From Promethearchaeota archaeon (GTDB lineage: Archaea; Asgardarchaeota; Lokiarchaeia; Sigyniarchaeales; SOKP01): DNA of 19,974 nucleotides. The notes under the pieces were generated by a model. It ran no database searches. It saw only the letters and a program-made list of their open reading frames with translations, and had not been told where the DNA came from. Shown one piece after another: positions 9,067 to 16,726 of the stretch. Position 1 is the first letter of the stretch, and the number at the start of each line of letters is the position of its first letter. The position numbers and the translations under genes are program-made. The DNA is taken from NCBI GenBank assembly GCA_048941265.1, contig JBHLNT010000069.1:1-19974 (forward strand), read 5' to 3'.

Positions 9067-9330
9067 TTACTCGCATAATTGTAAAGTATTATCAATAATT
9101 TTTCCAAAGCTAATAATATCGCTTATAGATGCCCTAAAGGCTGTTATATCAGCACTTTCAATAGTAAAAACTAAAGTATTACTCTGTTTTTCCATTAAAA
9201 TTCTTGATCTGTGTGATTTAACCTTTTTTAATTCTGGTAAAAACGAGTTATAGGCGAAGGTACAAGTATTTGAATCCTTAAAAATTAGCTCTACTGTGGA
9301 TTTTATGGAAAAGTAAGTAGAATTACTCAT
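9067..9330 (-). CDS. pcc1: KEOPS complex subunit Pcc1
   Basis: 87 aa; YNSFLPE, RSRI, and LVFTIESADITAFRASI match the Pcc1 pattern (I.A.D...LRA..); conserved position just upstream of pfdB. Confidence 0.82.
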   Translation of the reverse strand: MSNSTYFSIKSTVELIFKDSNTCTFAYNSFLPELKKVKSHRSRILMEKQSNTLVFTIESADITAFRASISDIISFGKIIDNTLQLCE

Positions 9331-9620
9331 TATTCTTTAATTACTTCTAATTCACGTTGCTTTCTCTTTGCAATTCGGAATGATTCTTCACCTCGCGCAG
9401 TTACGATATTATAAGCTCCACCAGTAAATTTAGCGCCACATTTTTTACAATGCCAAATTCCCGTTGAAATACGATATACTGAACCAATTGTCTCGCAACG
9501 TGGGCACTTAATTTTTCCCCCCTTCATTTTTTCCACCATTGAGAGAACTCTTTTGCGCACAGTTGAACCGTATCTTGCTCCGTAGCGACCTGTCCATCCT
9601 ACTTTTTTAGTCTTTCCCAT
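9330..9620 (-). CDS. rpl37ae: 50S ribosomal protein L37Ae (eL43)
   Basis: TKKVGWTGRYGARYGSTVRK, zinc finger CPRC...GIWHCKKC, FTGGAY. Confidence 0.95.
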   Translation of the reverse strand: MGKTKKVGWTGRYGARYGSTVRKRVLSMVEKMKGGKIKCPRCETIGSVYRISTGIWHCKKCGAKFTGGAYNIVTARGEESFRIAKRKQRELEVIKE

Positions 9621-9734
9621 GATACTACCAATTTTATTTAAAATTATTGATAATCTATTAAAATTATGATAAAATAAAAATTTTCGTGAAAAAAGTTAAA
9701 AATAATAAAAAACAAAAATAATAAGGCAATTAAT

Positions 9735-10562
9735 TTATCCTAATTTTACTTTATATTGCCAAAAATTTAATTTATTTCTCAATTCTCTACCAATTTCAAT
9801 AGATTTTTGACCTATCATACGGATTTCATCTAAAGAAAAGGTTGCTGAACCACTCTTCTGGATAGATGTAATATTACCTTCTGTAACAGAAATTGATATC
9901 CGTCCATCGCAAACAAGTTCCTCAGACAAGTTTGGATCAACGAAAATAATATCTTCTATTTTACCATATGTTAAAACTAAAGGTAGTTCATTCACAATAT
10001 CTTCACCAGTTAAATAATTCCCTGTCCATTCTATACCATTTTCTGTGTATTTTCCTTCAGGAATATGGGCTGAAATCAATGTTGCTAAGGCACTTACGCC
10101 ACCACAGTCAATTAAATTGCCGCCATAATTTATGACATACATATCTACAAATAAAATATACACTGCTTCATTCTCCTTGATGCAAAGCTTTTTAGTTTGA
10201 ACGCAATCAGCATGTCGAATTCCCCGATCTACAACACGAGCTAATTCTATTGATTGTTCATCTGGAGGGCCTCTCTCAAATAAAGGAGATGCTAAAGGCA
10301 ATAGCTCAGCCATTATTGTACAAACTCCTTCATTAGGTAGATCAGGGAAAGGTTCACCTACATCATACTTTAATCCAGTAATAATTCTAGTTTCACCAAG
10401 TGATACGTCAGCAGAACCTTCCGCAGAGGCTACCATATCCGTATTAATTTTAAAATCACGATATTCCCATAAACCCCTTCCGTCAACCCTTTCTTCCTTT
10501 TTTAAATTATTTATAATGTATTTTCGTTCGATCGTTGAGATAACTCTTTTAACATCCATCAT
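9735..10562 (-). CDS. rrp42: Exosome complex component Rrp42
   Basis: RVDGR, AEGSA, PFPDLPNEG, FERGPPDEQSIELARVVDRGIR, GGNLID, IQKSG. Confidence 0.95.
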   Translation of the reverse strand: MMDVKRVISTIERKYIINNLKKEERVDGRGLWEYRDFKINTDMVASAEGSADVSLGETRIITGLKYDVGEPFPDLPNEGVCTIMAELLPLASPLFERGPPDEQSIELARVVDRGIRHADCVQTKKLCIKENEAVYILFVDMYVINYGGNLIDCGGVSALATLISAHIPEGKYTENGIEWTGNYLTGEDIVNELPLVLTYGKIEDIIFVDPNLSEELVCDGRISISVTEGNITSIQKSGSATFSLDEIRMIGQKSIEIGRELRNKLNFWQYKVKLG

Positions 10563-10564
10563 AT

Positions 10565-11344
10565 TTACTGTTCACCTCCACTTGCATTTGAACTTCCACT
10601 GACACTTTCTTGAATTGAGATATATTTACTTCTTAATGCATTTAGCTGAATTTGATATATTTTTTCAGCAGCCTCCTTCCCAAGTGTTAAACATTTATTA
10701 AACTCTTCAACATCCATAGCTCCATCAAATTGTAATAATGAAATCTCATTATTAAACCAAGTAATTGCTAAAGGAAGATCTGCCTCTCCTGCTTTATCTT
10801 CTATTCCCGATAGATCTACCACTATTTCTCCATCAATCTTGCCAACGGCTACAGAAGTGACTAAACTTTTCATAGGGACACCAGCATCAGCTAATGCTAT
10901 AGAAGCAACAGTTGTACTAGCACATCTAGTTCCTCCATCCGCATCAATTACTTCTATAAATACTTCAAAAGCGGTACCTGGATATAGTTCAAGGAATAAC
11001 ACAGGCTCAATACAATCAGAGATAATCATTGAGATCTCTTTTTCACGACGACCTGGTGCTGGTCTTTTTCTATCAAATACCGAATAGGTGGCCATTCGAT
11101 AAAATACGCGTAAAATTCCGCGATCGGGCTTTGCAAGATGATGAGGATGTACTTCTCTTGGTCCATATACTGCTGCAAATATTTTGTTATTACCCCACTC
11201 AAGATACGCGGACCCATCTGCATTTTCTATCACACCCACTTCCATCTTTAATGGGCGTAATTCAGTTTTATCTCGTCCATCCAATCGTTTGCCATCTTCT
11301 CTAAATAATTTATCTGGATATTCGTCTTTTATGATTAATACCAT
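10565..11344 (-). CDS. rrp41: Exosome complex phosphorolytic exonuclease Rrp41
   Basis: RLDGR...LRP, ADGSAY, VYGPRE, RREKEIS, ADGGTRCA, ALADAGVPM, and DL...ED...EAD with the catalytic Asp. Confidence 0.96.
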   Translation of the reverse strand: MVLIIKDEYPDKLFREDGKRLDGRDKTELRPLKMEVGVIENADGSAYLEWGNNKIFAAVYGPREVHPHHLAKPDRGILRVFYRMATYSVFDRKRPAPGRREKEISMIISDCIEPVLFLELYPGTAFEVFIEVIDADGGTRCASTTVASIALADAGVPMKSLVTSVAVGKIDGEIVVDLSGIEDKAGEADLPLAITWFNNEISLLQFDGAMDVEEFNKCLTLGKEAAEKIYQIQLNALRSKYISIQESVSGSSNASGGEQ

Positions 11345-11346
11345 CT

Positions 11347-12120
11347 TTATTTCATACCTCTTTTTATTTTTTCATTTTCTATAAATGCTTGTATTCTGTC
11401 AGTTAAACCTGAAGTATGGGCCTCTCTTTCGATCTTATAGATTGCATCAATAAGTAGGCGTTCATGAGCTATGTCATCCCCCTTTAACCATATACGACCA
11501 TTTTGCGTCACAAATATATTGCAATTTGTCAAAGATTTAAGCATCTTAATCATTGAACCACTACGTCCGATAACTCTAGGAATTTTGGGGGGATCAATTG
11601 AAATGACAATGCCATTATTTTTTTTCCCGAGGTATTTTCCAACAGTGGTAAGTTCTGGTTGATTCAAACGATCCGCCGAAAGAACTTTCACAATCAAAAC
11701 ATCGCCTATTTCAAATCTATCTGTGCTTGAGTCATCTCGCTGATATTCTCGTCCTCTTCCTATTCGACCTTTTATTCGTTTAGCTGTATTCTTTGGTTTA
11801 AGTTGAGCCTCATCCTTAGCATTTATATCACATCTATATTTAACAGGATTTTTATCGGTAACAATTGCGATAACTTTATCGCCTGGTTGAGGAGTATAAA
11901 TTCCTTTAAGTGGAATTACATTAATATAATTCTTGTTGATTTGTTTCAATCCAATATGAAGTGAGATTATTTTATCTCTTGTATCATTTAAAATTGTTCC
12001 CCGTCCTGGTAAAAAATTTTTAACATCTTCAGTCAATACTTCTCCAGGAACGACGAGATCTCGGGTTGTTTCCTCATCCTCAAATTCGTCGTCCTCTAGT
12101 ATTTCACCTTCTTCTTCCAT
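11347..12120 (-). CDS. rrp4: Exosome RNA-binding cap subunit Rrp4 (S1 + KH)
   Basis: VVPGE, IPLKGIYTPQPGDKVI (S1), KH motif PRVIGRSGSMI, QNGRIW, IEREAHTSGLTDRI; acidic N-terminal extension. Confidence 0.94.
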   Translation of the reverse strand: MEEEGEILEDDEFEDEETTRDLVVPGEVLTEDVKNFLPGRGTILNDTRDKIISLHIGLKQINKNYINVIPLKGIYTPQPGDKVIAIVTDKNPVKYRCDINAKDEAQLKPKNTAKRIKGRIGRGREYQRDDSSTDRFEIGDVLIVKVLSADRLNQPELTTVGKYLGKKNNGIVISIDPPKIPRVIGRSGSMIKMLKSLTNCNIFVTQNGRIWLKGDDIAHERLLIDAIYKIEREAHTSGLTDRIQAFIENEKIKRGMK

Positions 12121-12210
12121 CTATTTTTACTCACTCTTATTACTAATTTTATATATTTACCTAACTTATCAAAAAAATAATGTTTTTAGAACAAATTAAA
12201 AAGGTTTCAG

Positions 12211-13002
12211 TTAGGATTTTAAGAGTTTAGTTTGTACTCTTCCATGGGTTAGTTTATTTAACTTATCAATTAATTCCATTTGTAAACCTGCAGGTAAACT
12301 TACCACGGCAACCCAAGAACCATCTGATTGCCATTCTTCTTTCCTAATTTGTGATAATTGAGCAACTATATGATAACCTTTCGCAGTAAAGGTAGTAGGG
12401 ATTTTAATCGCGAGTTCCGTTTGTTCCATACGAATTGGGATAACGCTTTGTATTTTTTTGATAACATCGTCAACTTGTTCTTCAGCATTTTTCATTAAAT
12501 CAATTTTAACTTGGGCTTCTTCAATTGCTTTTTCTATTCTTTGATAAGGATGTGGTTTTTTATTTTGAGGATTTATTGCGTTTTTACTAATGATTGTGAT
12601 GATTTGTTTTAATTTTTTATTTCTCTCTTCTTCTCTCTGAGTCTTAGTCCATTGAATTTCCCCTTCTAGTAGGATATGACCACTAATCGTTTTACCGTCA
12701 ACGGTATTGAAAATTGCTTCCATATCACCGTCAGTAGCTTTTTTGCCTCGTCTTAAATCTTCAAAAACAGTAAAACTTTCAAAAATCATTTCTAAATTGA
12801 TCTTAGGGTCATTTATTAATTCCTCAACTGTTATTCGAGATTTTTGTTGACCCTCTTTTAATCTTCTATTGATCTCTTCCCGAATTATTTTTTTTGCTTC
12901 CCATGCCTGTTCAGGATCAATAAGCATCTCAAAAGTTCTTCCCCCCTTTTCAATGCGTCCAATGATGTAACCGCCTAAATCTATTCTTGCCCTGTCAATC
13001 AT
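12211..13002 (-). CDS. sdo1: Ribosome maturation factor SBDS/Sdo1
   Basis: FEMLIDP, VFED...GKKA, GEIQWT..QR, INPQNKKPHP..RIEKA, EEWQSDGSW, LNKLTHG. Confidence 0.93.
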   Translation of the reverse strand: MIDRARIDLGGYIIGRIEKGGRTFEMLIDPEQAWEAKKIIREEINRRLKEGQQKSRITVEELINDPKINLEMIFESFTVFEDLRRGKKATDGDMEAIFNTVDGKTISGHILLEGEIQWTKTQREEERNKKLKQIITIISKNAINPQNKKPHPYQRIEKAIEEAQVKIDLMKNAEEQVDDVIKKIQSVIPIRMEQTELAIKIPTTFTAKGYHIVAQLSQIRKEEWQSDGSWVAVVSLPAGLQMELIDKLNKLTHGRVQTKLLKS

Positions 13003-13155
13003 AAGAGATTTTACCCTATCTAATAAAAAATTTACCTACTCTTTATCCTTTTCCCATGCTATTTGACTTTTTGAATTAATAAGGAATAAGTAGATAAGTT
13101 TGATTTTTAACGATATTTTTTTGATTTTTTTTTATTGATTTTCACTTTTATTATT

Positions 13156-13869
13156 TTAAATTTTTGTTAACAGATCTTCCTTTTCTTCGATACTTAACAA
13201 ATTAAATTTCTTATCTTCTTTCAATATAAAGGCTATATCATAGGTATTTTTGTTCAAATTATCTCCCATTAATTCTTTTAATGTTTTTAAGGGCAATAAT
13301 TTTAATTCCTCATCACTAATCTCATCTTTATAATGCTCCTCAAGATAAGCCCTTGCTTCATTTGCTCCAGAGCCTATAGCAAAAGCTTTATAACCCCACA
13401 TAGCCCCAGAAGGGTCCGTTAAATATAAGGAAGGTCCGTTTGAATCAATTCCAGCAACTAAAAAAGATACTCCAAATGGTCTTACCCCTGCGTTCTGCGT
13501 AAATGCTTGCTTATATTCGCAAATATGTAAGGTGGCATCTTTTACAGAAATTTTCTCATCATAGCTCAGTAAATTTATTTGGGCTTGTATCCTGGCCCTA
13601 TCAATGAGCACACGCGCATCAGCGGTTAGACCAGCAATAGCTACTCCGATATGGTCATCAATTTTAAATATTTTTTCTGAACCAATACTTAAAGCAAGTT
13701 CAGAGCTTTTTTTCTCAACAGCAAATACCACAGAATTTTTATTTTTACAAACAATAGCTGTTGTGCCTCTTCTCACGGCCTCTATCGCATATTCTACCTG
13801 AAATAACCTCCCCTCAGGAGAAAACTGAGTAATGGCCATATCATATCCTCTTCCGGCTTGCTGGAACAT
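13156..13869 (-). CDS. psmA: Proteasome alpha subunit
   Basis: GYDMAITQFSPEGRLFQVEYAIEAV signature, EKIFKIDDHIG, GLTADARVL, GVRPFGVSFL, TDPSG, AIGSG. Confidence 0.97.
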   Translation of the reverse strand: MFQQAGRGYDMAITQFSPEGRLFQVEYAIEAVRRGTTAIVCKNKNSVVFAVEKKSSELALSIGSEKIFKIDDHIGVAIAGLTADARVLIDRARIQAQINLLSYDEKISVKDATLHICEYKQAFTQNAGVRPFGVSFLVAGIDSNGPSLYLTDPSGAMWGYKAFAIGSGANEARAYLEEHYKDEISDEELKLLPLKTLKELMGDNLNKNTYDIAFILKEDKKFNLLSIEEKEDLLTKI

Positions 13870-14156
13870 TTTTAAAATCCCTTTAAATTTTTAATTTTGT
13901 TCTTATTACATTATTTTTTTATTAACTGGTTGAAGAGAATTAATAAATTATTCAATTTATATTTTTTTTAAATAATTTAAAACCACCAAATATATTAGAC
14001 TTTAAATTGGATTTTTACTAAATCAATCGAATCCTCATAAAAAACAATAAGGACTTTAAAAAGAGAAAATATTGATAATATTATTTAGAGCCTTAAGGTT
14101 AATATTTTTATTAACTTTCCTATGATAATTAAATAAAATAACAAAAAGGATTCATT

Positions 14157-14534
14157 CTACGACCAAGCCAGTTTATTGACTAAAATTGACCATTCTAATA
14201 AAATCAAACTTGTTTCGGCATCTGTATGAATTAGAAGATAATCTCCTTCTTTTGTGATTGAACCGGCAACATTACCTTTCCCTCCAGCTATATTTTTCGC
14301 AGCTAATTGGATATCATCATTTTTTAAGATCGCAAATCTAGAGTTTTGATAGGTGAGAGAGGGTTCTTTTTCTTTCCAGGCTTTAAGAATAGATTTACCC
14401 TCTGCTTGAGATAATTCCGCCGCATTTCCAGATTTAAAAATGATTTCTCCTTTATCATTTATAAGATATACATCGGTAACTCCTTCATATTCGTTTAAAT
14501 CGTTTACTACACGATTAAATTTATCTTGATCCAT
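14157..14534 (-). CDS. Profilin-like protein (Asgard profilin; profilin/roadblock/longin-like fold)
   Basis: 125 aa: N-terminal helix, VYLINDKGEII hairpin, then SLTYQNSRFAILKNDDIQLAAKNIAGGKGNV, which resembles (from memory) the Loki profilin strands S(L/I).IQG.KY.IVENT.ER.I.TN..GKG; C-terminal helix. Confidence 0.68.
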   Translation of the reverse strand: MDQDKFNRVVNDLNEYEGVTDVYLINDKGEIIFKSGNAAELSQAEGKSILKAWKEKEPSLTYQNSRFAILKNDDIQLAAKNIAGGKGNVAGSITKEGDYLLIHTDAETSLILLEWSILVNKLAWS

Positions 14535-14705
14535 GATTTTTCCATCATTTAATACTAATTTTTATATTGTTACAAAATAAAACTTTTGTAATTTAAAATT
14601 TGTTAGAACAAAGATATTTTAAATATGATGAGAGGAAAAATTTTTTACATTTATGATATTTTATAGCTTAATTCTTCGATTTAACTCAACATTTGAGATT
14701 TATTT

Positions 14706-15488
14706 ATGAAAAATTTGGTTCTTTACGATAAAATTTACAATATCTCCAATAAGTCGCAGGAAAAAGAAGTATATGTAAGATATTTAAAATACCTAAACGA
14801 AAAGACAAAAGGATTTTCACAAACCTCGATTCAGATTAAAAAATTAAGGAAATTTGATAAAAGATTCGAAATTTTAATAGATGGTCCCGAGGAAATATTC
14901 GTCTTTAATTTAATAAAAAAAGAAATCGGCTCTGTTAATGAATTCAACGATATAGAAGTAGGTAAACAATATAAGGGAACCCTAATTGATGTGGGAAAGT
15001 TTGGCTTTGGAATTTTCGTTGACTGTGCAATATTAAATCCCCAGATAGATGTTTTATTAACTTTAAATGTATTGAGGGATCAGCTATGTGCTGGAAAAAA
15101 GAAATCTGTACGAGAGATAATTAAGGCGTATGATTTTATTGATCATTTTCCAGTAGAAGTTAAAATAACAGAAATCGATGCTGAAAACCATCAAATTCAA
15201 GGAAGATTAAGCGACGCATCCGTAGGTCTCTATCAAAAAATTGTTAGCGAAAACCTGGAAGGAATTTTTGTGAGCGGGGCCACCAAAAACCAATTTAAAA
15301 AAGCACTTATTAAGCGGGGACATTTACGAGATATTATCTCAGTAGAACGTCATGGATTTCTAGAAAATATTGTTATTTTAAAAGAAGGCACCGACGCCCC
15401 GGGTATCATAGCTCATATAGGAAAATACTTGAAAAATTGCAAACTGAGTGCCATACGACATGAAAGAATCTGCAAATTATTAGAATGA
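14706..15488 (+). CDS. DUF2110 family archaeal conserved protein (S1/OB-like central region)
   Basis: IDGPEE....NLIKKEIG, YKGTLIDVGKFGFGIFVD, FIDHFPVEV, GHLRDII.VERHGFLE, GTDAPGIIAHIGKYL are recalled as DUF2110 motifs. Confidence 0.78.
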   Translation: MKNLVLYDKIYNISNKSQEKEVYVRYLKYLNEKTKGFSQTSIQIKKLRKFDKRFEILIDGPEEIFVFNLIKKEIGSVNEFNDIEVGKQYKGTLIDVGKFGFGIFVDCAILNPQIDVLLTLNVLRDQLCAGKKKSVREIIKAYDFIDHFPVEVKITEIDAENHQIQGRLSDASVGLYQKIVSENLEGIFVSGATKNQFKKALIKRGHLRDIISVERHGFLENIVILKEGTDAPGIIAHIGKYLKNCKLSAIRHERICKLLE

Positions 15489-15508
15489 ATTGTTAAAAAT
15501 GAAAATAA

Positions 15509-15611
15509 TGAGCCCGGGGAGGATCTCGTTGTGCTATGATGTCGAACACAATATCGAACTCCCGACCTATGCGGTGTAAGCGCATCGTCATAACCACTAG
15601 ACCACGGGCTC
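15509..15611 (-). tRNA. tRNA-Val(TAC) with a 30-nt intron in the T-loop (59/60; intron 15523-15552)
   Basis: Minus strand: GAGCCCG TG GTCTAGTGGTTATGAC G ATGCG CT-TAC-AC CGCAT AGGTC GGGAG TTCGAT[ATTGTGTTCGACATCATAGCACAACGAGAT]C CTCCC CGGGCTC A. Removing the intron gives a standard 73-nt tRNA; junctions form a BHB (central helix TTCG/CGAG, bulges ATA and ATC). CCA not encoded. Confidence 0.93.
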
Positions 15612-15643
15612 TTACTTAAAGGGAAATATTCTTTCTAATAAAA

Positions 15644-15747
15644 CGCAAGCGGTGGGATTCGAACCCACGGATCCGTTCGGACACCGGATTAGCAATCCGG
15701 CGCTTTAGGCACGTTCATAACGCTCTACCAGGCTAAGCGACGCTTGC
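15644..15747 (-). tRNA. tRNA-Ser(GCT) with a 20-nt intron in the D-arm (about 22/23; intron ~15705-15724)
   Basis: Minus strand: GCAAGCG TC GCTTAGCCTGGTAG[AGCGTTATGAACGTGCCTAA]AGC G CCGGA TT-GCT-AA TCCGG, long variable arm TGTCCGAACGGATC, GTGGG TTCGAAT CCCAC CGCTTGC G. Relaxed BHB-like junction. Long variable arm and G73 fit Ser. Confidence 0.9.
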
Positions 15748-15871
15748 AGATTTTTAAAAAAGGCTACTTACCTTATATTTTGAATATAACAAATGAAAAT
15801 TTTAATACTTTTTCATAAGTTTTTATGGATAAAATATAAAAGAAAAAGAAATGACCAACTTTCAAAATAAT

Positions 15872-16357
15872 TCATTCTGAAATTATCTCAAAAACCATCT
15901 TTTCGATGATCGGTTTCTTAGTATAGCGTTTATCATAATACCAGCCGACTAAATGTGCTTTCTGATCCCTTTCAGGCACGGGAGGAATTACTATGATCAT
16001 CACACCATTAGAGAGATATTTTAAAATGCGCTTATCGATCCCATGGAGCTTTTCATTTCCAGAGGGATGACTGTGCCATTGCCACACTATATCTGGAAAA
16101 GGTGGCTCTTGCTTAAATTTGCGCATATTATAGATTTTAGATTTCTTATATCGCATCCAACTTCTTGGTTTGACATGTGCCTTCGTCTTTCTAAGGTCAG
16201 GATTCATAATAAAGTTATTTACTATTCCAAAATTCTCTTTACGCTCGGCAAATAGCCAACCATGAATAATATAGGGAATCTCTTCTTTCGCTTTTTCTGT
16301 AATCTCTTTAAATATCCTTTCTGGGATGAGATAACGAAAATCCTTTGCTGAACTCAT
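15872..16357 (-). CDS. JAB/MPN (Mov34) domain protein with an atypical JAMM motif
   Basis: IVWQWHSHPSGNEKLHGID fits HxH-x7-(S)-x2-D with S replaced by H; N-terminal helix followed by PYIIHGWLF (cf. PxExxGxL); MIIVI strand after the motif. Confidence 0.72.
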   Translation of the reverse strand: MSSAKDFRYLIPERIFKEITEKAKEEIPYIIHGWLFAERKENFGIVNNFIMNPDLRKTKAHVKPRSWMRYKKSKIYNMRKFKQEPPFPDIVWQWHSHPSGNEKLHGIDKRILKYLSNGVMIIVIPPVPERDQKAHLVGWYYDKRYTKKPIIEKMVFEIISE

Positions 16358-16589
16358 AATTTTCGTTAATGAAGCAAAAAATTTATAATTTTCGCTTACC
16401 TATTTCAAACTCTAATAGTTCGAGAGGGAAATCCCTAAATCATGTATTTGAGGGATAATTTCTCTTTTTTAAAGGATAACACAGTTTAAATAGGACTAAT
16501 TATGGAGAATTCGTAAAAATAATATATCAAAATAGATTTTTTAATATCATTACCATAATAATATAGAATTAAAAAACACATTCATAAAT

Positions 16590-16691
16590 GCAGCTGTAGC
16601 CTAGTTGGTAAGACGCTGGCCTTGAGTGTTTTTTATAACCACGACAGCCAGTGCGCGTTAGCGCTCGGGGGTTCGAGTCCCTCCAGCTGCG
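16590..16691 (+). tRNA. tRNA-Ser(TGA) with a 19-nt canonical intron (37/38; intron 16627-16645)
   Basis: GCAGCTG TA GCCTAGTTGGTAAGAC G CTGGC CT-TGA-G[TGTTTTTTATAACCACGAC]A GCCAG, variable arm TGCGCGTTAGCGCTC, GGGGG TTCGAGT CCCTC CAGCTGC G. BHB-like junction with one mismatch in the central helix. Confidence 0.9.
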
Positions 16692-16726
16692 TTTTTTAAA
16701 AGAAAATTCTCACGCAACGAAAATAT

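Noticed and set aside
9621-9734. Possible hidden small gene (e.g. rpoP) between rrp42 and L37ae
   Set aside because: 114 nt of very A/T-rich sequence with no CxxC zinc-ribbon coding potential.
6059-13801. Short ORFs at 6059, 7005, 7880, 8291, 8874, 10839, 11026, 11029, 11184, 11471 and 13604
   Set aside because: They lie antisense or out of frame within conserved housekeeping genes and show no protein motifs.
16422-16470. Hairpin with a GAA/A-like internal loop as an archaeal SECIS element
   Set aside because: It is not downstream of a same-strand CDS and no ORF in the window shows an in-frame UGA at a Cys-homologous position.
16590-16691. tRNA with 'TGA' and a long variable arm as a possible tRNA-Sec or opal suppressor
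   Set aside because: TGA is the anticodon (reads UCA, Ser); tRNA-Sec needs anticodon TCA and an extended acceptor stem. This one has a normal 7/5 fold.
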